Source: an uncultured Gammaproteobacteria bacterium
GTDB taxonomy: Bacteria > Patescibacteriota > Patescibacteriia > Magasanikbacterales > UBA922
Direction: 5' to 3'
Length of the DNA stretch: 56,701 nucleotides
NCBI GenBank assembly: GCA_964592785.1
Contig: CAZQHU010000006.1
Coordinates: 1 to 56,701 of the forward strand
Shown here: positions 1-8,625 of the stretch, piece after piece
How positions within the stretch are numbered: the first letter of the stretch is position 1
Layout of the letters: every line of letters starts with the position of its first letter
The notes under the pieces: model-generated
What the model was told of the DNA's origin: nothing
The model's database searches: none
What the model saw: the letters and a program-made list of their open reading frames with translations, nothing else
Program-made: the position numbers and the translations under genes

Positions 1-908
<908 letters not shown>

Positions 909-960
909 CTACGAAAACACACAATTGTGCTTTCGTTATTTATACTTACTTTTTTTACTT

Positions 961-982
961 GATGTCTTAAATTGTCAAAGTT
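961..982 (-). promoter_or_regulatory. boxA-like rRNA antitermination motif
   Basis: Minus strand reads AACTTTGACAATTTAAG about 55 nt upstream of 23S, resembling rrn boxA (CTTTAACAATTT / CTTTGAAAAC). Confidence 0.45.
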
Positions 983-1221
983 CTGTCCAAAATCTCTTGC
1001 CACAGGTAAACTATAATTTTTATAAATTACCTGCGACCGAAGATTTGAGTTAAAAAAAGACCGCTTCCAAGCGGTCAATTTGACAAAAAAATTTGTCGGC
1101 CTAAGCGCTTGGATTAACTGAGTATAATTTGCTAGAAGTAAACATTGTGGTTTATCTAATTTTATATACCCAGAGGTCCAAGGATATTAGGACATGGTGC
1201 AATCATTTCAGATGCCTGACA

Positions 1222-1250
1222 ATTTTACTATATAAGAAAAACCCTGTCAA
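1222..1250 (-). promoter_or_regulatory. sigma70 promoter upstream of 23S
   Basis: TTGACA (1250-1245), 17 nt, TAAAAT (1227-1222). Confidence 0.75.
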
Positions 1251-1301
1251 GAGGGTCTTCTGTGGATATATAGGGGATAAAAATCACCAAGAAACCAGAG
1301 T

Positions 1302-1574
1302 TCATCTAGCAAAAATTACTACACAATTTCCTACCCCTTCCGCAACATCCTCCACCAAGGGATGTTTTTTTAAATAATCCAGTACTTCCTTTCGCAACTT
1401 CCCTGTGCCAAAACCATAAATTATTCGTACCATGGTTGCTTTTTCTTGATAATTTTTATAAAGAAAAGACTCCAAATTTGCCAGCGCTTCCTCAACATAA
1501 AAACCATGCAAATCCAACTCTGGCATCATCGCGCCCAATTCAACTGCAAAAATTTTGGCTTCTTTGTCGTTCAT
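1302..1574 (-). CDS. Stand-alone Smr-domain protein
   Basis: ELDLHG motif and RIIYGFGTGKLR (Smr consensus IIHGxG); 90 aa. Confidence 0.85.
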   Translation of the reverse strand: MNDKEAKIFAVELGAMMPELDLHGFYVEEALANLESFLYKNYQEKATMVRIIYGFGTGKLRKEVLDYLKKHPLVEDVAEGVGNCVVIFAR

Positions 1575-1777
1575 AATCTACTATTTACTTTTAAAATCAT
1601 TATCCTTATAATAAATACATTAAAATAGTTTCTGAATGGCATTTATTACTTAAATAATATCATAAATAAACTAAATAATTAACTAGTTCGGATATAACTT
1701 GTTGTCTGAAATAGCAAAAAATCTTTTTAAGAATTAATTTTGGATTTTTTTATTTTGGATGCAAAAATTTTAAAAAT

Positions 1778-2389
1778 ATGGGCAACGAATTAACAAGTGC
1801 GCTTGTGCTGGGTCTAATCGGTGGGGTAATTCCGGGACCGGTTTTAACGGCCACATTTACCGAAATTTTACAGTCCGGTATTCCAAAAAGTATGCGGATA
1901 ATTTTATGGGCGATGTTTACTGAAACCGTCGTTGCCCTAATAAGTTTATTGGCACTTTCATCAATGAATTTTTCTGAGAGCTTTTTTCAAGGTCTTTCGA
2001 TAATCGGCGCCGCCATCCTAATTTGGATTTCGACTTCGATATGGAAAGTCCACAAAATTGATAATGAGGAAAAAGTCCATTTCAGTCTTGGAAAAATATC
2101 AGCGATGATAATGGCGAATGGGGTGTTGTGGACTTTCTGGATTACCGTATGTGTGCCAAAAGCGATATTACTTAGTGAAAAGGTGGCTTTTGGCAACTAT
2201 CTTTTTCTACTACTCGTCGAAATCGGATGGCTAATCTCAACTGTCATGGTTGCGGTGGTATTTTCACGATTCAGAAAAATTCTTTCTAATCCAAAGGTTG
2301 TGCCAATTATTTTTAAAATTTTTGCTCTGACATTCATGTATTTCGCTGTCGATATGGTTTATCGTAGCATCAAGTTTTTCCTGACCTAA
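1778..2389 (+). CDS. LysE-family translocator (cassette 1)
   Basis: N-terminal GLIGGVIPGP motif, about six hydrophobic helices, 203 aa. Confidence 0.8.
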   Translation: MGNELTSALVLGLIGGVIPGPVLTATFTEILQSGIPKSMRIILWAMFTETVVALISLLALSSMNFSESFFQGLSIIGAAILIWISTSIWKVHKIDNEEKVHFSLGKISAMIMANGVLWTFWITVCVPKAILLSEKVAFGNYLFLLLVEIGWLISTVMVAVVFSRFRKILSNPKVVPIIFKIFALTFMYFAVDMVYRSIKFFLT

Positions 2390-2441
2390 AAAAATAAAAA
2401 AATCCAAAATTAATAATAAAGAGGAAAGATTTTTCGCTACA

Positions 2442-2595
2442 TCAGACAACACCGAATATGAGGTTCAAAAAATTTGCGTCATTTAATAATCAGCGGAGTG
2501 CAAATTTTTCTCAACCCAAATTTTTGCCCTTTTTCTCTATTGATATATAATAGGGAGGCGGGCAAAAACTTCTCATATTCGGATACGTTATGTGA
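2442..2595 (+). repeat. attC-like site 1
   Basis: TCAGACAAC-ACC-GAATATGAG ... CTCATATTC-GG-ATAC-GTTATGTGA, with two internal hairpins (AAAAATTTGC/GCAAATTTTT and TTTTTGCCC/GGGCAAAAA). Confidence 0.7.
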
Positions 2596-2646
2596 AATAT
2601 TTTTATTTCTACCAATAAATACAATAATAAAGAATAATTTTATTTT

Positions 2647-3162
2647 ATGCCGATAGACCAAAACACAACAGTCCAAGTCATAACCACTACTCAAATTATT
2701 GGCATAGGTGGAGTCTCAGCGATAGCTGGAAGTTTTTTTACACTGGCAGGCATAGGTTTAAAATCATTTTTTGAAGCAAAAGAAAACAAAAAAACAAGAT
2801 TGTTTGAAGCCAGAAAAAATGCTTACTCAAAATTAATAGGTCATTTAAACAATTCTTTTGCAAAATATGAATTTACGGTAGCAAATTATGACCCAGAAAC
2901 AATTTTAAAATCCCTTACAGCATATTCTATTAATTTAGATTATGAGTTTGCCGAGGCATTACTTTTTAGTAGCAATAAAGTAATGCTAAAAATAGAAGAA
3001 TACAGAAAAAAAATATATAGTTTAAAAAGTGCTGTTTTAGCAGATGCACATGAACAAAAATTACAAGTAACTTTTCACAAAAGAGTAGAAGAATCCCAAC
3101 AAACTCATAATGTTGCAAAAGAATTAATCAAAATGATGCGCGAAGAATTGGAAATAAAATAA
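2647..3162 (+). CDS. Hypothetical protein with N-terminal TM helix and helical C-terminus (cassette 2)
   Basis: 171-aa ORF; hydrophobic IIGIGGVSAIAGSFFTLAGIGL; very AT-rich. Confidence 0.7.
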   Translation: MPIDQNTTVQVITTTQIIGIGGVSAIAGSFFTLAGIGLKSFFEAKENKKTRLFEARKNAYSKLIGHLNNSFAKYEFTVANYDPETILKSLTAYSINLDYEFAEALLFSSNKVMLKIEEYRKKIYSLKSAVLADAHEQKLQVTFHKRVEESQQTHNVAKELIKMMREELEIK

Positions 3163-3209
3163 AATTATAAATTGATCAAATTAAATTTATTAATAGAAAT
3201 AAAAATACA

Positions 3210-3827
3210 TCACATAACACGGTATATCTGGCTACACTTTAAAAAATATTTGTAATTTATTTAATAAAAATATATGACAAAAAAATTTCTTCCAATCTTA
3301 CTACTATTTCCATTATTACTAACTGGTTGTAGTTTAAAAACAAACGAGGTAGAAAATGATACCAAGGCGTTTTCGTTAAAACAAGAATGTTTTAAATACA
3401 AAGAAGGCATACAAAAAGAATTTGATAATTTCAACACAAAACAACAACCCCAAGAAAGAGCTGACAATGATGGTTCTACTAGAAAATGTTATGAAAACAA
3501 GGAATTGAAAGAAATTTTTTATAGTAATAAACTCAATTCATGTGCACAAGTAGAAGTCCAAAAAACTTATTGCAACACACCTGATATGAAGTCTTATGGG
3601 GTTTCTTATGAGTACAACATACTTTCTAATGTTCTTACTGGAGAAACACTAGAATATATAAAAACAATTTCTCGTGGGGAAGGTTTTGAAACCCCACAAA
3701 GAACAAAAGAAATAATTGATAGCTATAGATAAATTACAAATATTTTTAGTTCCGCCCATATTTCGCGCACACAAGATAATAATTTAAGGAGTGCGCGAAA
3801 CATCAGATATACACGAACGTTCAGTGA
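3210..3827 (+). repeat. attC-like site 2, split by an inserted gene
   Basis: Left arm TCACATAAC-ACG-GTATATCTG (3210-3230); right arm CAGATATAC-A-CG-AAC-GTTCAGTGA (3804-3827). Confidence 0.6.
3274..3732 (+). CDS. Putative lipoprotein (inside attC-like site 2)
   Basis: Signal peptide with lipobox LLLTG-C; 152 aa with several Cys. Confidence 0.75.
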   Translation: MTKKFLPILLLFPLLLTGCSLKTNEVENDTKAFSLKQECFKYKEGIQKEFDNFNTKQQPQERADNDGSTRKCYENKELKEIFYSNKLNSCAQVEVQKTYCNTPDMKSYGVSYEYNILSNVLTGETLEYIKTISRGEGFETPQRTKEIIDSYR

Positions 3828-3842
3828 CATACCCAAAAAACC

Positions 3843-3870
3843 AAAAATACTCTCTGATGAGAGTATTTTT
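3843..3870 (-). terminator. Intrinsic terminator downstream of tRNA-Leu
   Basis: AAAAATACTCTC-TGAT-GAGAGTATTTTT. Confidence 0.7.
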
Positions 3871-3876
3871 ATTATG

Positions 3877-3958
3877 TGCTGGCGGAGAGACTCGAACTCT
3901 CAATCCTTGCGGAACGTGCTCCTAAGGCACGCGTGTATACCAATTCCACCACGCCAGC
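3877..3958 (-). tRNA. tRNA-Leu(TAG)
   Basis: GCTGGCG acceptor, anticodon arm CGTGC-CT TAG GA-GCACG, long variable arm, TTCGA T-loop; CCA not encoded. Confidence 0.96.
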
Positions 3959-3979
3959 ATATTTAATTGTACTTATTTT

Positions 3980-4060
3980 AAGCAAGCGTGTATACCCGCC
4001 CGCCATCACAAGCATGAGCTTGCTCAGGCGTTGCGGGCGGGCCAATTTCGCCACCGCGGC
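3980..4060 (-). pseudogene. tRNA-Leu-like 5' half with a 47-nt palindrome in the D-loop
   Basis: GCCGCGGTGGCGAAATTGG[insert 4041-3995]TATACACGCTTGCTT, then AT-rich sequence; no 3' half seen in the window. Confidence 0.6.
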
Positions 4061-4195
4061 TTTTAACTGCGATATTAAACCACAAACTAGAAAAAAAATC
4101 AACCCGCCGATGAGGCGGGTTTGACTTTATAAACTTTACCTGCCCGCTCGTACCTCGCATGGTAGGCGGGTGGACTTTTTACTTTTTGAACTCAA

Positions 4196-6478
4196 TTACC
4201 GATCCCTCTTAAAAAATCCACCGCGTTTTCTGTCACCACCGCGATCATTGCCACGACCACCTCGATCAAAACTACGTCCGCCACCATCACGAACAAAAGG
4301 TGCTGGAGGCACATAGCCTTCTGGCTTAGGTTTAAGAGCCTTGATAGAAAGATTAATACGTCCCAAGTTATCTATTTCCTTTACTTGTACTTTTACTTTA
4401 TCACCAAGATTCAAGATATCACCTGGTCGGCCGACACGATTCCAATCAATCTCGCTCACATGGACTAGTCCATCTTGACCAGGAAGAATCTGCACAAAAG
4501 CGCCAAAATCTTCCAAACGAACAACTTCACCTTCATAAATTTCTCCGGCAGTTACTTCGTGAGTAATATCATTGATAATCTTGATAGCTTTCTTCATCGC
4601 CTCGGCATCTACAGAAGTGACCAGCACTCGGCCATCTTGTTCAATATCAATGGAAACTCCTGTTTCCTCGGTAATCTTTTTGATAGTCTTGCCACCCGGG
4701 CCAATAAGGTCGCCGATCTTCTCTGGATCGATGCGCACTGTTTCAATACGTGGGGCATAAGGAGAAAGTTCCTTTCTCGGTTCAGCAATCACACTGGACA
4801 TTTTTTTCAAAATTTCCAATCTAGCATCTTTGGAACGCTTAAAAGTTTCTTCCACAATTTCCCAAGTCAGTCCATGAGTCTTGGTATCCATTTGAATAGC
4901 AGTCACCCCATCCGCAGTACCAGTAATTTTGAAGTCCATACCGCCAACTCCATCTTCCACATCTTGTAAATCAGTCAAAACTTTCCAATTTTTTATATTG
5001 TATTTTTCATCCATTTCAGAAGCCAAACCCATGGCAATACCAGCTACCGGTTTTTTGATTGGTACACCAGCTGCCATAAGTGACAAGGAAGAACCACAAG
5101 TAGAAGCCATAGAAGATGAACCATTTGAACCCAAAACTTCAGAAACCACCCGAATGGCATAGGGAAAATTTTCTTCTTCTGGTAAAACGGGTTCCAACGC
5201 TCTCTCGGCCAAAGCTCCATGACCGATCGCTCGTCTACCCAGTCCTCCAATGCGACCAGTTTCGCCGTAGCTATATGGAGCATCGTTATAATGATGCATA
5301 TAACGTTTGGTTCCTTCTTCTTCCATACTATCCAAGGTTTGCACATCTCCAGGAGCACCCAGAGTGACAATCGACAAAACTTGGGTATCGCCTCTCATAA
5401 ACATTCCTGAACCATGAACACGGGGCAAAAGATCAACTTCTACTTCCAAATTACGAATTTCATCGAGTTTACGACCATCCAATCTTTGATTTTTATCCAA
5501 AATTCTCTTGGTTATCTGCTCACAAACATATTCTTTCACTCTATCCAAAGCTGGTTTTTGCAAATCTTCTTCAAAACCCTGTTCGGTAAGAAGATCAACC
5601 AGACCATGTTTGATTTCGTCCACCATTTCCACTCTCTCAGTGCGAGAAATTTTTACAGAATTAAAAATCTTACTATCAGCCAAACTAGCAATATAATCTT
5701 TAGCAGTTTGTTTAGCTTGTTCAGCAGTTTTTTCTTTATCCTGAGCATCAGCCGAAGGATTCTCTCCCTCTTTGACCAATGAAATTTTTTCTTTGCCAAC
5801 TTCTGCTTGAATCTTATTAATAAAATCAATCACTGGTTGTAATTCTTGACAACCCCATTTCATAGCTTCCACTACTTTATTTTCAGATACTTCCCTAACA
5901 GCGGCCTCGGTCATAACCAATTTATCTGGTGTACCAGCCACTACTAAATCCAAAACATTTCCTTCCACTTGACTGTTCCCAAGATTCAAAATAAATTCCC
6001 CTTTTTCATCCAAACTAACCCGAGCGGCCGCGATCGGACCATCCCAAGGAATCGATGAAACTGCCAAAGCACAACTAGCACCAATAAGACCAACAATAGC
6101 TGGATCATTTTCACCATCAAAAGCCAAAGTGGTGACCACCACCTGCACTTCATTTCTAGTGCGGTCATCAAAAAGTGGACGAATCGCCCGATCAATAAGC
6201 CGTCCCGATAGGACCGCATCATCACTCGGTCGTCCTTCTCGTTTCACAAAACGTGAACCTTTAATTCTGCCGGCAGCATACATTTTTTCTTCAAAATCCA
6301 CAGTTAATGGAAAATAATCCAAACCTACTTTTTCTTCACTACTCTTGGTCACATTGACCATTACCACTGTCTCGCCATATTGAGCAGTACAAGATACAGT
6401 GGACAACAAAGCCAATCTGCCCATTTCTATTGAGAGTTCCCTGCCGCCCCAATTGAGCGACCATTTCTTAATGTTCAT
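4196..6478 (-). CDS. pnp: Polyribonucleotide nucleotidyltransferase (PNPase)
   Basis: FFPLTVD-like, RRAIGHG, SNGSSSMAS and GDMDFK-like motifs, KH and S1 domains, RGG-rich tail. Start trimmed to MNIKK at 6478. Confidence 0.98.
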   Translation of the reverse strand: MNIKKWSLNWGGRELSIEMGRLALLSTVSCTAQYGETVVMVNVTKSSEEKVGLDYFPLTVDFEEKMYAAGRIKGSRFVKREGRPSDDAVLSGRLIDRAIRPLFDDRTRNEVQVVVTTLAFDGENDPAIVGLIGASCALAVSSIPWDGPIAAARVSLDEKGEFILNLGNSQVEGNVLDLVVAGTPDKLVMTEAAVREVSENKVVEAMKWGCQELQPVIDFINKIQAEVGKEKISLVKEGENPSADAQDKEKTAEQAKQTAKDYIASLADSKIFNSVKISRTERVEMVDEIKHGLVDLLTEQGFEEDLQKPALDRVKEYVCEQITKRILDKNQRLDGRKLDEIRNLEVEVDLLPRVHGSGMFMRGDTQVLSIVTLGAPGDVQTLDSMEEEGTKRYMHHYNDAPYSYGETGRIGGLGRRAIGHGALAERALEPVLPEEENFPYAIRVVSEVLGSNGSSSMASTCGSSLSLMAAGVPIKKPVAGIAMGLASEMDEKYNIKNWKVLTDLQDVEDGVGGMDFKITGTADGVTAIQMDTKTHGLTWEIVEETFKRSKDARLEILKKMSSVIAEPRKELSPYAPRIETVRIDPEKIGDLIGPGGKTIKKITEETGVSIDIEQDGRVLVTSVDAEAMKKAIKIINDITHEVTAGEIYEGEVVRLEDFGAFVQILPGQDGLVHVSEIDWNRVGRPGDILNLGDKVKVQVKEIDNLGRINLSIKALKPKPEGYVPPAPFVRDGGGRSFDRGGRGNDRGGDRKRGGFFKRDR

Positions 6479-6588
6479 AAATTTTTCCTTTCTGAAGATG
6501 ATCTGAAAGAGATAGATCCCCAAATATTATTTAGGACCTAGATTTTTCCAGACCATGCTTCTTAATTTTAATTATTTTTTAAATAAAA

Positions 6589-7107
6589 TCATTTTCTCTT
6601 ACCAAAATTTTCTGTCATTAAATATCTATCTTTATTTTTACTAAGATCGAGAAAATCATCAGCCTCATCAATAGTAAAATGCGAAGCGGTTTCGCCAAAG
6701 GCCACTATCTCCACTTGCTTGCCACTGCTCTTTTGTAAATATTCTACTAAAGGCAAATAATCACCATCACCGGAAACAATGACAATGGCATCCAAACTAG
6801 AAGCCAAACGAATAGCATCAACTGTTAGCCCCACATCCCAATCGGCTTTTTTCATGCCAGTGGAAAAAACTTGCAAATCTTTCTCCCGAGTTTCAATACC
6901 CAAATTGTACAAAGCATCAAAAAATGGTTTTTCATCTTTACTCTCCGTACTCACCACATAGGCAATCACTCGAATCTTTTTACGGCCAGCTACCGCATCT
7001 TCTACAATATTGCCAAAATTAACCTTGCGACCATGTAAATTTTTGGCGCTATAATATAAATTTTGTACATCAATAAACACCCCTACGCGTTGTTCGGGGT
7101 GTTTCAA
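6589..7107 (-). CDS. NYN-domain (LabA/DUF88, PIN-like) protein
   Basis: FIDVQN, KADWDVGLTVD and SGDGDYLPL motifs. Probable TTG start at 7107, just after the rpsO stop. Confidence 0.9.
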   Translation of the reverse strand: MKHPEQRVGVFIDVQNLYYSAKNLHGRKVNFGNIVEDAVAGRKKIRVIAYVVSTESKDEKPFFDALYNLGIETREKDLQVFSTGMKKADWDVGLTVDAIRLASSLDAIVIVSGDGDYLPLVEYLQKSSGKQVEIVAFGETASHFTIDEADDFLDLSKNKDRYLMTENFGKRK

Positions 7108-7114
7108 AGGATTT

Positions 7115-7468
7115 TTAGTTTTGATCTTCTTGAACAGCATCGGCATCAACTTCATCCAGCTCTTCCTCTGGCAAAGCGGCATCCACTTTGTTAAGGGTTT
7201 TAACTGGTTTTAATTTTAATTTTTTAACCAATTCCTCGTAAGAAGCAGCATTATCTTTTTGCAAATAACGCAATAATCTGCGTCTTTCACCTACTTTGCG
7301 GAGTAAACCACGGCGAGAGGAATGATCTTTGGCATGCATTTTCAAGTGCTCTGACAACTCCTCAATTTCAGCAGTGAGAATAGCAATCTGCACCTCACTT
7401 GAACCAGTGTCGCCCTCATGAGTCTGAAATTTTTTAATAATTTTTTGTTTTTTGGCTTTATCCAACAT
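7115..7468 (-). CDS. rpsO: 30S ribosomal protein S15 with acidic C-terminal extension
   Basis: [13 protein letters not shown] and [10 protein letters not shown] motifs; 117 aa. Confidence 0.98.
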   Translation of the reverse strand: MLDKAKKQKIIKKFQTHEGDTGSSEVQIAILTAEIEELSEHLKMHAKDHSSRRGLLRKVGERRRLLRYLQKDNAASYEELVKKLKLKPVKTLNKVDAALPEEELDEVDADAVQEDQN

Positions 7469-7549
7469 ACATTATTTATATTATGGGCCGAAAACGGGTA
7501 TGGGGCCATTTTGGTCCTGTATTTAAACCCTCAAATAGAGAGTAAGAGC

Positions 7550-7577
7550 ATTATACCAGAAAACCTGGACTTGTCAA
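7550..7577 (-). promoter_or_regulatory. rpsO operon promoter
   Basis: TTGACA, 16 nt, TATAAT with an extended -10 TG. Confidence 0.65.
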
Positions 7578-7712
7578 TAGGAGGCTGGAGCCAGCTAAAT
7601 CATAACCAAAATAAAAACCATCCTGTTTTCTCCTGAATAATCCCCAATAATTTTGGAAATTAGTCAGGCGACAGGATGGTTCTTATCCATCAAGGCGCCC
7701 TTGAAATTGGAA

Positions 7713-8051
7713 CTAGTCGTCCCTCTTTCTTCGCTCGGTCAAATCCGAAGCGATGTAAGGATACGGACACGTTTCCCAGCGACGGAGAAAGTTTCTCAAT
7801 TCGTAAAAAATCCCATCTCGAAGAACTTCGAGCTCCTCCCCCTCGATCGTCCGCTGGGTCGTAGATTCCTGGACCAAAACCAGATCAACAGGCACCACCA
7901 CGAACATGCGATGGCGACTATGACCCTGTTCAGCCAGGCAATCACACACATCACCCTCTTCTGGGCCAGAACGCCTGGTGTACTCCACCCGATACATTTT
8001 TCCTTGAACTCGCACTTCATGAACCAGTGTACCCTCATAAATCGTAGGCAT
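7713..8051 (-). CDS. GC-rich orphan hypothetical protein
   Basis: ATG at 8051 (MPTIYEG, 112 aa) after a purine-rich RBS. Own promoter TTGACT-17-TAAACT at 8106-8078. Confidence 0.6.
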   Translation of the reverse strand: MPTIYEGTLVHEVRVQGKMYRVEYTRRSGPEEGDVCDCLAEQGHSRHRMFVVVPVDLVLVQESTTQRTIEGEELEVLRDGIFYELRNFLRRWETCPYPYIASDLTERRKRDD

Positions 8052-8171
8052 GATCCTACCCCCCAAAAGACTTATTAAGTTTAGCCCACCCCACTCCAAA
8101 AGTCAATCTGTTTTTCAATTTGATAATTTACTACTAAATGATATAATTCGTATATATTTAACTTAAATCTT

Positions 8172-8621
8172 ATGATTTATATTGGTGCTGACTACATGGG
8201 CTTCAAGCTCAAAAAACAACTAATTACTTACCTCAAAACCCAGCTCAAATTAAAAGTTGAGGATCTGGGCGCCAAAACCAAAAAAGAAGGTGATGACGCT
8301 ATAGATTATTCTACGAAAGTTGCCCGAGCGGTCGCCAAAAACAAAAATCATCGTGGAATTCTCATTTGTTATAGTGGTCATGGCATGTGCATTACTGCCA
8401 ACAAAATCAAAGGCGCACGCGCCTCGATTGGCTATAATATTGAAGGGGCGGAATTGATGAGATTGCACGATGATGCCAATATCCTCTGCTTGGCCAGTCA
8501 CCGGCTCACACTGGAACATGCTTCGGCTATTGTCAAAAAATTTTTAGAAACTGAATTTATCCCTATAGACAGGCGTGTACGTCGTCTAAAAAAACTGGAA
8601 AAATTGGAAAATAAAAAATAA
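8172..8621 (+). CDS. rpiB: Ribose-5-phosphate isomerase B
   Basis: IGADYMG, GILICYSGHGMCITANKIKGARA and DANILCL motifs (RpiB/LacA family). Confidence 0.92.
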   Translation: MIYIGADYMGFKLKKQLITYLKTQLKLKVEDLGAKTKKEGDDAIDYSTKVARAVAKNKNHRGILICYSGHGMCITANKIKGARASIGYNIEGAELMRLHDDANILCLASHRLTLEHASAIVKKFLETEFIPIDRRVRRLKKLEKLENKK

Positions 8622-8625
8622 TTTT

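Larger units (their letters stand above)
1701..3831 (+). mobile_element. Integron-like gene cassette array with no integrase nearby (CALIN-like)
   Basis: GTT-core sites at 1701, 2587 and 3819 and complementary AAC cores at 2450 and 3218 bracket three same-strand ORFs. Confidence 0.7.

Noticed and set aside
1302-1574. His-to-Tyr change in the Smr IIHG motif
   Set aside because: A single substitution at a variable position is not enough to infer a new function.
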